DNA of 64,000 nucleotides from contig JAYVXU010000058.1 of assembly GCA_043784925.1 (NCBI GenBank), positions 1,171 to 65,170 on the forward strand, read 5' to 3'. The translations under genes and the position numbers were made by a program. Within the stretch, counting starts at the first letter, position 1. Every line of letters begins with the position of its first letter. The notes beneath the pieces were generated by a model. The model was not told the DNA's origin. It saw nothing but the letters and a program-made list of their open reading frames with translations, and did no database searches. Positions 55,022 to 64,000 of this stretch are shown here, piece by piece. The DNA comes from Candidatus Adlerbacteria bacterium (GTDB lineage Bacteria > Patescibacteriota > Minisyncoccia > Phycocordibacterales > SBAW01).

Positions 55022-56560
55022 TTATTGTGGACTCAAAATATATAAGACTCCCTTGTCATTAGATTTTTGGTATCCCCCAACATATATATTTTGCCCCTCG
55101 CAACTGACTGCTGTAGCGGCATTAGCGTCATGAGACACATCAAACACAGGCCCGGGTGCCGGACTAGATTGGACTGAGATGTCATATATGTGCACACTAT
55201 TTGTGCCTACTATAAATACTGTATTTCCTATTGCAATAAGACCGTTCACACTTTCAGGGTTTATAGACGTACCAATATCAAGGGAGGTTATAACCGGGAG
55301 TGTTGAGCCGGGTGTGCTTGCGTCTAGTCCGTAGAACTCGGGTGCATTTCCTACATAATTTCTTCCTAAAAAGACCTCTTGTCCTAAAAGTGCAAGCGAA
55401 TACCCTGCACCAAACCCGGAACTTCCTGGTGCATTAAAAAGCCCGACCTGAACTGGAGTCGCGGGGGTATGTATATCAAGCATTAGTAGTTCTCGATTCA
55501 CATCACTAGTAGCTAAGTATGCATAACTCCCAACCACAGCAATTGAACTAATACCACGACCTACTGCAAAACTTCCAGCGTACACAGGGTTAAGTGGAGA
55601 GCCACTTTGTGCCCCAACGTCATATACGATAAACTCGGGACCGCTACTGGTTTTAGTAAGTCCAATATATAAGTAGCCGTTGCGATACGTGACAGCGTTC
55701 CCCACTGCCTGTCCACCCGACCCCAACACCAAAGGTGTTGCCCCAGATGGTATACGAATTACCCGTACAACTCCTGGATTTGCGGGATGAGTCACATCTA
55801 TAACAAGCACTTGTGCACACGAAGGCCCAGTTGTGCAGGTGCTCCAATTCGCTGGATGTGCATTTGCGACAAACGCATAAGTGCCTACGGGCGTTTCGTC
55901 TATTGCTATGGCATTAAGTCCCGGAGTTGTAGTGTTTGCATCTAAACTACTAAGGAGTATTGGGGTTTTTGGGTCCACCGATAGATCAAAAATGTTTAAG
56001 TCTGCGTTATGACCATGAGTATCACTACTGCTCACATATAATTTTTTCGCATGAGCAACTACCCCCGTGATTGGGTTCCCATCTGCATTTACTCCTACAG
56101 CGAAAGGCACAGATATTGCAAATGCTTTTTTACTACTAAGAGAAGGGTCGCACGTACTACCCCCTTGAACTCCTGAAATATCTCCAAGAAGTGTTGAAAG
56201 CACCACGCTCCTTAAGACTCCCCCTTGGGTCCAGGAAACAGTGCTGGTCGCTTGCATAACAAAAGGCTGTGTTTGCGAAAAAACTAAAGACAGAGTGTAA
56301 GGAATATTGCCCCGTAGTTGTGTGGTAGTAGTAGCCACAAGTAAAAATGAATCTAAGCGCGAGGTGGCACGTGCATCCTCAAGCTGTGCCTCGGCTATAC
56401 GGAGCGCCTCGAGGTTAAGCCTCGACATGACTGCCGCGTACTGATTTCCATACACCACCATAGCCGCAGCCGACAGTGCCAAGGTCAGTATTGCAAAAGC
56501 CAATAGGATTTCTAGTGTACTGGCGCCTCTATGGGTATTAGAAGCTGATAGTTCCTTCAT
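55022..56560 (-). CDS. Large pilin-like protein with LVIVD-type beta-propeller repeats
   Basis: N-terminus RGASTLEILLAFAILTLALSAAAMVV. Repeated blocks such as LYVSSSD...LNIFDLSVDPKTP, FVANA...VLVIDVTHPANP, AYLATSD...LLMLDIHTPATP and VFIVGTNSVHIYDIS. Confidence 0.7.
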   Translation of the reverse strand: MKELSASNTHRGASTLEILLAFAILTLALSAAAMVVYGNQYAAVMSRLNLEALRIAEAQLEDARATSRLDSFLLVATTTTQLRGNIPYTLSLVFSQTQPFVMQATSTVSWTQGGVLRSVVLSTLLGDISGVQGGSTCDPSLSSKKAFAISVPFAVGVNADGNPITGVVAHAKKLYVSSSDTHGHNADLNIFDLSVDPKTPILLSSLDANTTTPGLNAIAIDETPVGTYAFVANAHPANWSTCTTGPSCAQVLVIDVTHPANPGVVRVIRIPSGATPLVLGSGGQAVGNAVTYRNGYLYIGLTKTSSGPEFIVYDVGAQSGSPLNPVYAGSFAVGRGISSIAVVGSYAYLATSDVNRELLMLDIHTPATPVQVGLFNAPGSSGFGAGYSLALLGQEVFLGRNYVGNAPEFYGLDASTPGSTLPVITSLDIGTSINPESVNGLIAIGNTVFIVGTNSVHIYDISVQSSPAPGPVFDVSHDANAATAVSCEGQNIYVGGYQKSNDKGVLYILSPQ

Positions 56561-56984
56561 AATTTATAGAAATAGTTGACGTACTCAGTTGCTGACCAAG
56601 CATAAGTGTAGTGCTGCTTGTGGTAGCACTTAAACGGCTGAACACCAGACCTGCGTTGTTACAGTCAAAAAGCGAAGGAGACGAAGAAGCTAACACCCCG
56701 GCGGTCATTGGATACGGCGTACGCTGTGTGGACATGAGGTAAGGAGCAGTAAATAAAACATAAGTTTTTTGAGTTTTATCAGCACATACACCCCACGCAC
56801 GCCCGTCTACCGAAGACAGAGAATTGCTTCGTGCTTCTATTAATAAAGCCGTAACTGTATCCCGATCAAACCCAACGAGTGTCGCTTGATACATTCTCGT
56901 ACTCAGGAGAACTCCAATCGAGGCTAAAAACGTAAATATAGCAAGCGCTATTAGAGTCTCTAAAAGTGTAAACCCTTTACGCAT
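56538..56984 (-). CDS. Prepilin-type N-terminal cleavage/methylation domain protein
   Basis: MRKGFTLLETLIALAIFTFLASIGVLL. Confidence 0.8.
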   Translation of the reverse strand: MRKGFTLLETLIALAIFTFLASIGVLLSTRMYQATLVGFDRDTVTALLIEARSNSLSSVDGRAWGVCADKTQKTYVLFTAPYLMSTQRTPYPMTAGVLASSSPSLFDCNNAGLVFSRLSATTSSTTLMLGQQLSTSTISINYEGTISF

Positions 56985-58062
56985 GAAGATTTTGAGTGAT
57001 CCCGTATATCGGCGTAATAATAGACACCGCGATAAACCCCACCATTAAACCCATAACCAACATAAGTGCAGGTTCAATTAAGGTTGCTATATTTTTTGTA
57101 AACTCTTCTACTTCGCTGTCGTACATCCCGGATACATACACAAGAGTCTCTGGCAGAGTGCCACTTTTTTCACCAACAGCTATCATATGGCCCATCATTT
57201 CAGGAAACAGTCGAGTATGCTGCAAAATATAAGACGACATTTTTTCGCCTCGTCGAACAATCTTTGCAAGTTTCAAAAATTCTCCTTTGTATACTAAGTT
57301 GCTCATAGTTTCAGCAGTCACATCAAGCGCCTCTGAGAGAGGCAAACCACTTTGAAGCAGTAGCCCTAACGTCCGACAGGCATTAGCATTATTATAAAAA
57401 CGAAGCATTTTCCCAAAAAGCGGGAGGCGCAAAACAATTTTATGGGCGTACCAAGTTAGCACTACATACCGAGTAAGTAACCAAGAAGAAAATGCTACTA
57501 GAGCTCCACACACTAAAACCAAATATATCCCCCAGTGGGTCATAAAAGTACTTACCCCAATCATGATGCGTGTCGAGAGAGGTAGCTGTACATTAAGCGA
57601 ATTAAATACGGGCATTATTTTAGGAAAAAGATACATAGTCAAAAAAAGAGTGATACCAAAAGTCGCAGCAGTAATAAGAGCCGGGTATATACACGCACTT
57701 ATAACTTTACTTCGCAACGCTTGACGTTTTTTTAATTCGTCAGCTAAATACACAAGATTTTGCGACAAAGTACCGGTCGACTCGCCTACTTTTATAATTT
57801 GCACACTAAACTCGTTAAATATTTTTGGAAATTTTGCAAAACTTTTTGAAAGTGTCTGGCCCGCGAGCACGTCTTTGTGTATTGCTTGTAAAATATCTAC
57901 ATGTCCCCGGGCGTGCGTTTGCCCGACCAGTGTCTCTATACTTTCAGAAAGGGGCACGCCAGCAGTTATAAGAAAAGAAAGTCTTTTTGCAAAAAATGTC
58001 TGCTCCTTAAGAGAAAACTTTTTGGACTGAAAAATTCGTATGCGAGTAAGTATACTATTCAT
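56977..58062 (-). CDS. pilC: Type II secretion / type IV pilus platform protein (GspF/PilC family)
   Basis: 361 aa. Two T2SSF-type repeats with 3 TM segments. Between pilB and the pseudopilins. Confidence 0.88.
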   Translation of the reverse strand: MNSILTRIRIFQSKKFSLKEQTFFAKRLSFLITAGVPLSESIETLVGQTHARGHVDILQAIHKDVLAGQTLSKSFAKFPKIFNEFSVQIIKVGESTGTLSQNLVYLADELKKRQALRSKVISACIYPALITAATFGITLFLTMYLFPKIMPVFNSLNVQLPLSTRIMIGVSTFMTHWGIYLVLVCGALVAFSSWLLTRYVVLTWYAHKIVLRLPLFGKMLRFYNNANACRTLGLLLQSGLPLSEALDVTAETMSNLVYKGEFLKLAKIVRRGEKMSSYILQHTRLFPEMMGHMIAVGEKSGTLPETLVYVSGMYDSEVEEFTKNIATLIEPALMLVMGLMVGFIAVSIITPIYGITQNLHA

Positions 58063-59263
58063 AGAGTACGCGCAAAATTTCTTCTACTGTGGTGACTCCG
58101 TCGCGCACCTTTTGGAATCCGTCTTCAAGCATAGGAGTCATGCCCTGCGCTATTGAAGTAAGACGTATATCACTTGCTGATGCTTTTTTTAATATACGCT
58201 CTCGTATAGCATCGTCCGCCACGAGCACTTCGTTTACACTCACGCGCCCAGAATATCCTGAGTATTTACACGCCTCACACCCAACTCCGTGATACAACAC
58301 ATCACCTACAGATATTTTTTCGATCAAGGGTATGTCCGACAAGGCTTCAGTCATAGAAGTGGTAAGTGTCACCGCCTCCTTGCACTCTACACATATTTTT
58401 CGAACCAATCGCTGCGCTATTGCGATCGTGACTGTTGAGGCTACTAAATAGCGGTCAATTCCCATATCAAGAAGGCGTGGGAGTGTAGTTGCTGAGTCAT
58501 TGGTATGAAGCGTCGAGAGTAGCAAGTGCCCAGTGAGTGCGGTATTGATTGCAATAGAAGCAGTTTCGGCATCACGAATTTCGCCGACCATAATAATGTT
58601 CGGATCCTGTCGCAGCATAGATCGCAAACCATTCGCAAATGTGAGCCCGGTACGCGCATTAACTTGAATTTGTCTAATTTCAGAAATTGAATATTCAATC
58701 GGATCTTCAAGAGTGAGAATTGATACTTCGGGCCTATTGAGCATTTTGATAAGGGAATATAGTGTAGTGGTTTTTCCTGACCCGGTCGGACCTGTCGCCA
58801 GGATCATACCGTATGGCTTGCTCAGCGCGGTAAAAATCTTTTTTTGATCAGTTTTACTAAATCCTAACGACGTTAGAGAGTCTTCTTTTGCCCTGTTTGA
58901 AAGAATACGGATCACCGCATTTTCGCCATAATACGTTGGCATAATAGACACCCGCATATCAATAGAATCTTCTTTTGATATATTCAAATGAAACCTCCCG
59001 TCCTGAGTTGCCTGATGTTCGTCAGTTCGCAGTTGTGCAAGCACTTTAATACGCGAAATAATTTCTTCGTGTAGAGAAAGGGGCAGAATATATCCTTCCT
59101 GCAATACACCATCAATACGGAACCGCACTCTAAGATGTAGTGCTGTTGGGTCTATATGTATGTCTGAGGTGCGGCTTTCAAAGGCTTCTCGAGCTAGAGC
59201 CTCAACAAGCGAAATGATTGAAAGAGCTGGGCCTTTACTCAATTCATGGGCCACCGCAGTCAT
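58055..59263 (-). CDS. pilB: Type II/IV secretion ATPase (GspE/PilB family, short N-terminus)
   Basis: Walker A GPTGSGKTTTL, Asp box LTLEDPIEY, Walker B IIMVGEIRD, His box STLHTND, tetra-Cys CVEC...CEAC. Confidence 0.92.
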   Translation of the reverse strand: MTAVAHELSKGPALSIISLVEALAREAFESRTSDIHIDPTALHLRVRFRIDGVLQEGYILPLSLHEEIISRIKVLAQLRTDEHQATQDGRFHLNISKEDSIDMRVSIMPTYYGENAVIRILSNRAKEDSLTSLGFSKTDQKKIFTALSKPYGMILATGPTGSGKTTTLYSLIKMLNRPEVSILTLEDPIEYSISEIRQIQVNARTGLTFANGLRSMLRQDPNIIMVGEIRDAETASIAINTALTGHLLLSTLHTNDSATTLPRLLDMGIDRYLVASTVTIAIAQRLVRKICVECKEAVTLTTSMTEALSDIPLIEKISVGDVLYHGVGCEACKYSGYSGRVSVNEVLVADDAIRERILKKASASDIRLTSIAQGMTPMLEDGFQKVRDGVTTVEEILRVLYE

Positions 59264-59369
59264 GACGCTGTTATACTTGAAAAAAAGTTTTGCACCTATT
59301 GACTGAATTTTTAAAGATTGTATGATTTGCGTGGGTCACGGACAGAACTTACAAACAGTGGAGGGAAAA

Positions 59370-59702
59370 ATGTTAAAAACTGGACTGGTGATCATTTCAT
59401 TAATAATGCTCGCCGGATGCGTTGCCGAGGTTGGCCCGGCTGGATACGGCGGGGGTGGATACTACCCTCCCCAACGTACCTACGGGTATGGAGGGTACGG
59501 GAGTTACTACGGCGGACCGTCAGTATACGTAGCACCACCTCCAGTCGTAGTAGAGCGGCGCAGGTACTGGGGATACGAGGAAAATCGCAACGATTATCGG
59601 AGTTACAGAGGCTATCCACAGAGTGGATACAACCAGTATCGACAACCACACTATGAGCTGCGGCACTGGCACCCGCCCATGATGCCCGGGTATCGTCGCT
59701 AA
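59370..59702 (+). CDS. Gly/Tyr-rich lipoprotein
   Basis: ATG at 59370 preceded by GGAGGG. Lipobox LIMLAGC. GYGGGGYYPPQRTYGYGGYGSYYGG low-complexity region. Confidence 0.65.
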   Translation: MLKTGLVIISLIMLAGCVAEVGPAGYGGGGYYPPQRTYGYGGYGSYYGGPSVYVAPPPVVVERRRYWGYEENRNDYRSYRGYPQSGYNQYRQPHYELRHWHPPMMPGYRR

Positions 59703-59753
59703 GAGTTCGACGCACCAACAAACTTTGATGCGTTTTCGGGAAGTTAACACGCC

Positions 59754-59788
59754 ACAGCTGGCCCCCAAGGTCAGCTGTTTTATTTTTT
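59754..59788 (+). terminator. Intrinsic terminator
   Basis: ACAGCTG-11 nt-CAGCTGT followed by TTTATTTTTT. Confidence 0.65.
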
Positions 59789-60254
59789 AGGTGGAAGAGA
59801 CAGTTTTGTGTAGATCAGGGCTACACTTAACACATTTACATCCCTTTGGTTTTATATATTCATTATAAAATGACGATCCGTAGTCATACCCCAACTCCTC
59901 CCCTTCCTTTATATTTCGCTTCGCCATAACATACACCCTTTGTTTATAAATTTCTATCTCACAATTGGGCCGGTGCGTATGGTTAATATAGCGCGCAGTG
60001 TTGTACCGAGAAGAACCATCAATTGTTTTTGTTTTAGAAACCTCGAAAAGATACAAACTATTAATAGTCTCATCTTCACCCTTTTCAAGAATTCTCCCTA
60101 CGTACTCAATAATGCATACGCCTTTAGGAATTGCTTCTTGTGTATACAACCCAAGCCCGGCGCTTGAGCGTTTTATTTTAAGTTTAAAATCTCCTACTTC
60201 GAACTTCCCTTTTCGTTTCTTTTTTTGAGTTTCTTTTTTTTGTACTACTGTCAT
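59787..60254 (-). CDS. SET domain protein (putative lysine methyltransferase)
   Basis: GLGLYTQEAIPKGVCIIEYVG, RYINHTHRPNC, EELGYDY, post-SET CKCVKC. Confidence 0.88.
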   Translation of the reverse strand: MTVVQKKETQKKKRKGKFEVGDFKLKIKRSSAGLGLYTQEAIPKGVCIIEYVGRILEKGEDETINSLYLFEVSKTKTIDGSSRYNTARYINHTHRPNCEIEIYKQRVYVMAKRNIKEGEELGYDYGSSFYNEYIKPKGCKCVKCSPDLHKTVSST

Positions 60255-60303
60255 AACTTATAGATACTATCGCATCTTTGCGGTAGAACTCAACCCCACT
60301 ACA

Positions 60304-61044
60304 CTATTTAGGGCGAATATCGATATATTTTTTTGTATATGGTTTACCAAACCAGGTTATCCAAAAATAGTTGAGTGTGTATTTGATACTCATATGCACT
60401 ATTCCTTCGGCTTTAAGCCTTCGGCCGGAGGAATACACCGGAAGCGCAAAAGTCCATTTAACTTTCCCGACGGCACTGAGGCGTTTTGCAACGTCAGTAT
60501 CTTCCCCATAAAAACTAATGGACGTATCAAACCCTCCCGCTTTGACCCACGCCGCGCGGGCTATTATAAAATTCCCCCCTTGGAGCATCGCACCTATGTG
60601 GAAAACATATTGGTTAAGAAGATACGTCACATAGGCAATCCCATAAAAAAACTTAACCATAGCTCTTGTGGCGCGGGAGAGGTCGTAATATATAAAAGGT
60701 CCGGACAGCGCGACTAATTTTTTATCTTTTTCAAACTCAAACAACACTTTTTTAAGCCAGCCTTCAGGAAGAATAACGTCTGCATCAATATTGGCGACCA
60801 ACTCTCCTGTGGTTGCAGCAAACCCCGCGCTCCTCGCGGCTACGAGCCCCTTGATAGGTTCGTCTACTACTCGGACTTTGTCAAAAGCCAGGGCCACGTC
60901 TTTTGTTCGGTCAGTAGATGCATTATTAACAACCACCACTTCTGCGTCGCAAGGAGTATTTTGTAATTCTTTTTGGATTGCAAGCAAACACTCTGGAAGT
61001 ACCACTTCTTCGTTAAATGCCGGGATAACAAAACTTATTTTCAT
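60304..61044 (-). CDS. Glycosyltransferase family 2
   Basis: ISFVIPAFNEE, VVVNNASTDRT, NIDADV (DxD). Confidence 0.88.
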   Translation of the reverse strand: MKISFVIPAFNEEVVLPECLLAIQKELQNTPCDAEVVVVNNASTDRTKDVALAFDKVRVVDEPIKGLVAARSAGFAATTGELVANIDADVILPEGWLKKVLFEFEKDKKLVALSGPFIYYDLSRATRAMVKFFYGIAYVTYLLNQYVFHIGAMLQGGNFIIARAAWVKAGGFDTSISFYGEDTDVAKRLSAVGKVKWTFALPVYSSGRRLKAEGIVHMSIKYTLNYFWITWFGKPYTKKYIDIRPK

Positions 61045-61574
61045 TTATGACGCAAAGAAAATGCGTTATTTTGTATATCATGTATAAGCCCTAAAAGATA
61101 GGCACCAACCCCGATTAAGCTTGCAACCAGTGGCAAACCTATAAAAGGAGTGGTCATGACTTCAAGGAACAAATAGGTGCAAATACTCATTTGAACGACG
61201 CTATATATAAGATGAAATATGCCCACTTGTGAAATAACTCCCACCTTAGGATAGCCCGAGTCAGGCACATGGTCAGGCAACATACAACGCACATGGAGCA
61301 AGTATGTTCCTATAAACCCTACAAAGACGCTGACAAATACAAGAATTACATGCTCTGGCACAAATACCATACCAAATACGGCGTCTATGATAGACAGTCC
61401 TGCCCAATCCCCAAGCATGACTGTGCGCCAGTCTTTAAGATGGCGAAAATGTTTTTTAGGAGTTTTAGTTCGTTTTGAAATGCGACCCTGATGAAGTTCC
61501 GATTCTTCAACTAAAAACAACAGGGACAAATACAAGAGATTTAAAACCACAAAAAGGAGAACCGACGTATACAT
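61041..61574 (-). CDS. Hypothetical polytopic membrane protein
   Basis: 177 aa, about 5 TM helices. Overlaps the GT2 start by 4 nt. Confidence 0.55.
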   Translation of the reverse strand: MYTSVLLFVVLNLLYLSLLFLVEESELHQGRISKRTKTPKKHFRHLKDWRTVMLGDWAGLSIIDAVFGMVFVPEHVILVFVSVFVGFIGTYLLHVRCMLPDHVPDSGYPKVGVISQVGIFHLIYSVVQMSICTYLFLEVMTTPFIGLPLVASLIGVGAYLLGLIHDIQNNAFSLRHK

Positions 61575-61591
61575 GTACCCTAGTATAACAA

Positions 61592-61628
61592 TAAAAAAAC
61601 GCGTATCCGATTATACTGTGGATACGCG
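61592..61628 (-). terminator. Intrinsic terminator
   Basis: CGCGTATCC-11 nt-GGATACGCG followed on the minus strand by TTTTTTTAT. Confidence 0.7.
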
Positions 61629-61646
61629 CGTGAAAAATAAATGAAG

Positions 61647-61985
61647 CTAATCAGCTCCAAACAGGTGGCTTCGTGTAAAGAAGTTGCGAATAAAGGAAGG
61701 AATCAAATTCCCCAGAATCTCTAAAATTTGTTGAGGGTAACATGCCAGTACGCCAATTTGCGCTATTTCAATACATGCAAGTGAATAAAAATTTGGAAGC
61801 ACTAACCCCCACGCAGAACGATTAATACTGGAATACAGTACGATGAGCCATAGAGCTCCTACTGCAAAGTTTCCTTTGCTACCTTTTGAAGTTCTCCCGC
61901 TCTTCATGCTACTCACCAACATCACAGCAAACGCGGTGACTATAAGCAGAGTGAAAAGAAAGAGGTTATGGTATGTAGAGTACAT
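61647..61985 (-). CDS. Hypothetical membrane protein
   Basis: 112 aa, 3-4 TM helices. Confidence 0.5.
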   Translation of the reverse strand: MYSTYHNLFLFTLLIVTAFAVMLVSSMKSGRTSKGSKGNFAVGALWLIVLYSSINRSAWGLVLPNFYSLACIEIAQIGVLACYPQQILEILGNLIPSFIRNFFTRSHLFGAD

Positions 61986-62074
61986 CTACAGATCCCTTTT
62001 TGTTGTGTGAAAAGAGCATTGCCTGTCAGCGCCCCCTACTTATCGGTGTAACAAATTGTACAAGTGGTGTCAAA

Positions 62075-64000
62075 TTAATTTTGGGCCCAATGTCGAACAA
62101 CTATATAGTGCACGAGTGCAAATAAAATACTTACGACTCCCACTGACAAAAAAGTGGATATTGAGAGAGGCTCAATATCAAAAAAGAGCCTTAAGGAAGA
62201 ACTTGCAAAGGTGCCAACTAACACTAAACCAATAACTCCCATACACCCGAGGAGGGAGCGTACCTGCACCCGTCGATTGTCCGTTGTGAACACAAAAGGT
62301 GTCGCAAAAAAGAATATGCAATTAGTCAGCAAAAAACCAAGTAACACTGTCGTGTGCAAAGCTTGAAGAGAGAGTGAGGAATTATACAGCACCAGCCCCA
62401 TCAGGAGCACGCCAGAGAATGCCGAGCTGACACAAGAATAAATACCCACGCGCACAAGATACGATTTGGAAGAGCGCTTGATTGTTCCGATGTCACGCAT
62501 GGTCCAAAAAAAAGTTACAAACCCCGGTAGCGCCACTCCACAATAATTAAGAAGAAGTATATTTTGTGGGGATAAAGGATACTCTATACCAAGCAAGGTA
62601 GAGAGGGCGTATAATATGAGGCCGACACCCATTTCAAAAAAGTAGAGGCATGAAATGATGTATGCATTGCCAATAATCGTATCGGCCATTCGTACTCCTT
62701 CTGGCAGTGCACTAAAGCTATTGTTCATGAGTACGACCGAAGATAATTGCCGTGTTGCTTGCGCCCCTTCAAACATAGCTATTCCTAAGTCTGCTTGTTT
62801 GATAGCAAGCGCATCATTTGCCCCATCGCCAACCATAGCGGTAAAGCCTGTTTTTTGAAATTGTTTTATTAATTTTTCTTTAAGTTCAGGTCGAATGCGT
62901 GCAAACACGGTGTAGGTGTCAATCTTCTCTGCCAATTCTTCATCACTCCATTTTTCAATTTCGCTACCTTCGATTGCCTTGTCCGGTCTATCGATGCCCG
63001 CAGCCCTCGCTATCACCTGCACCGTTTCTGCTTTATCTCCTGAAATAACACGCACACGTACCCCCCGTTTTTGAAAAAACTCAATAATATTTCGCGTCCC
63101 ATCTCGAAGCCTACTTTCAAGCTCAAATACGATAAAAGGCTGGAGTGACACGCCTACCAATGTTTGAGGCGGAACTCGAGTTAGAGTTTTAGCTACACAA
63201 ACCAAACGTGTTCCTTTTTCAGCTTGCGAAGCAATATCTCGGAGCCACTCTTGCCCTTCGTGTACATGCGCGGCGAGCACATCAGGCCCTGCCATGACGA
63301 GCGAAAACGTTTTTTCTTCATACAGCACTTCTACTGCTCCAAATTGTCTTTGCGAAGTAAAAGGAAGAGATGCACGCACCAGTCCGACTCCCGCAAATGA
63401 GATAAAAGTGACTATAGCATGCGCTGTTTGAGATGAGTCACCCGAACCCACTAGGTACGTTTTAGTTAGTGCAAGCGCTTCTTTTTCGCTCATGTTCCCA
63501 AATATATGGATGTGTTTAACAGTCGGGGTTGTTTCAGTTAAAGTCCCTGTTTTGTCGATACAAAGATTTTTTATACTTCCCAATTTTTCGGTCGCATTGA
63601 CGTCTTGCATAAGTACATGCTCCTTGTACATGCGGATAGCACCGTAGGCAAAAAGTATCGTAACAGCAACAATAAGACCCTGGGGAACTAATGTCCCGGT
63701 AAGAGCAGCAGCTACTTTTATTGTGTCTACAAGGGGCTTATGAAGATACGAACCGCGAAGCAACACAAAACCAATTAATCCCAAAAGAAGATATCCCGAG
63801 TACACAATGATAGTTTGGATAGACTGTTGTATAGGGCTTCGACTAATGGCATAGCGCTTAATAGTGTTGGTCATTTGATACAAATGACTTTCTGCAAACG
63901 AGGTATCTATACGGGCAACACATGTTCCTGACATTATAATGTCGCCGGCAAACACTCGCTCTCCTTCCTTTTTTGCAAACGTGTCGGACTCTCCTGTACG
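62075..64000 (-). CDS. Cation-transporting P-type ATPase (N-terminus beyond window end)
   Basis: DKTGTLT phosphorylation site, GDGANDALAIKQADLGIAM hinge. The frame stays open to 64000 (the end of the window reads ...TGESDTFAKKEGERVFAGD). Confidence 0.9.
   Translation of the reverse strand, partial: RTGESDTFAKKEGERVFAGDIIMSGTCVARIDTSFAESHLYQMTNTIKRYAISRSPIQQSIQTIIVYSGYLLLGLIGFVLLRGSYLHKPLVDTIKVAAALTGTLVPQGLIVAVTILFAYGAIRMYKEHVLMQDVNATEKLGSIKNLCIDKTGTLTETTPTVKHIHIFGNMSEKEALALTKTYLVGSGDSSQTAHAIVTFISFAGVGLVRASLPFTSQRQFGAVEVLYEEKTFSLVMAGPDVLAAHVHEGQEWLRDIASQAEKGTRLVCVAKTLTRVPPQTLVGVSLQPFIVFELESRLRDGTRNIIEFFQKRGVRVRVISGDKAETVQVIARAAGIDRPDKAIEGSEIEKWSDEELAEKIDTYTVFARIRPELKEKLIKQFQKTGFTAMVGDGANDALAIKQADLGIAMFEGAQATRQLSSVVLMNNSFSALPEGVRMADTIIGNAYIISCLYFFEMGVGLILYALSTLLGIEYPLSPQNILLLNYCGVALPGFVTFFWTMRDIGTIKRSSKSYLVRVGIYSCVSSAFSGVLLMGLVLYNSSLSLQALHTTVLLGFLLTNCIFFFATPFVFTTDNRRVQVRSLLGCMGVIGLVLVGTFASSSLRLFFDIEPLSISTFLSVGVVSILFALVHYIVVRHWAQN

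Noticed and set aside
1-64000. CRISPR arrays, rRNA genes and alternative genetic code (UGA recoding as in Gracilibacteria/Absconditabacteria)
   Set aside because: I found no regularly spaced short repeats and no rRNA-like stretches when reading the intergenic regions. Long conserved genes (leuS 971 aa, alaS, dnaK, the P-type ATPase) are uninterrupted under the standard code, so recoding is unnecessary.

Overview
This 64-kb window reads like a small-genome, CPR/Patescibacteria-type (Parcubacteria-like) bacterium. That placement is an inference from gene content: short L13 and AlaRS, a DUF5671-like membrane protein, a sigma-region-4/HARE-HTH protein and many pilin-like genes. The standard genetic code fits. 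The window is almost fully coding, mostly on the minus strand.

Core blocks:
- dnaK-grpE and rplM-rpsI.
- The alpha operon infA-rpmJ-rpsM-rpsK-rpsD-rpoA-rplQ.
- alaS, leuS, tyrS, mnmA, mltG and ychF.
- A repair cluster of ung, an alkyltransferase-like gene and a PD-(D/E)XK nuclease.
- A type IV pilus/T2SS-like operon (pilB, pilC, four pseudopilins).
- A P-type ATPase that runs off the window end.

Accessory blocks:
- A roughly 12.2-kb integrative element (29481-41703) bounded by a 12-nt direct repeat. It lies next to an intron-containing tRNA-Asn. It carries a large serine recombinase, a Rep-like gene, unknown genes and a five-gene Type III R-M cassette extended by ASCH and GNAT-GNAT-ASCH genes.
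- A GC-rich patch with a PEP-CTERM protein and a truncated IS66 transposase.
- An rve-type IS.

Other notable points:
- A group I intron sits in tRNA-Asn(GUU), with a free-standing HNH gene beside it.
- A Nudix domain is inserted in LeuRS.
- The 3' end of an M13 peptidase gene is duplicated, and the copies differ only at synonymous sites.
- An A7-tract frameshift splits a nucleotidyltransferase gene.

No rRNA gene or CRISPR array was seen. All calls come from reading translations, motifs and hand-folded repeats. No database search or computation was run.
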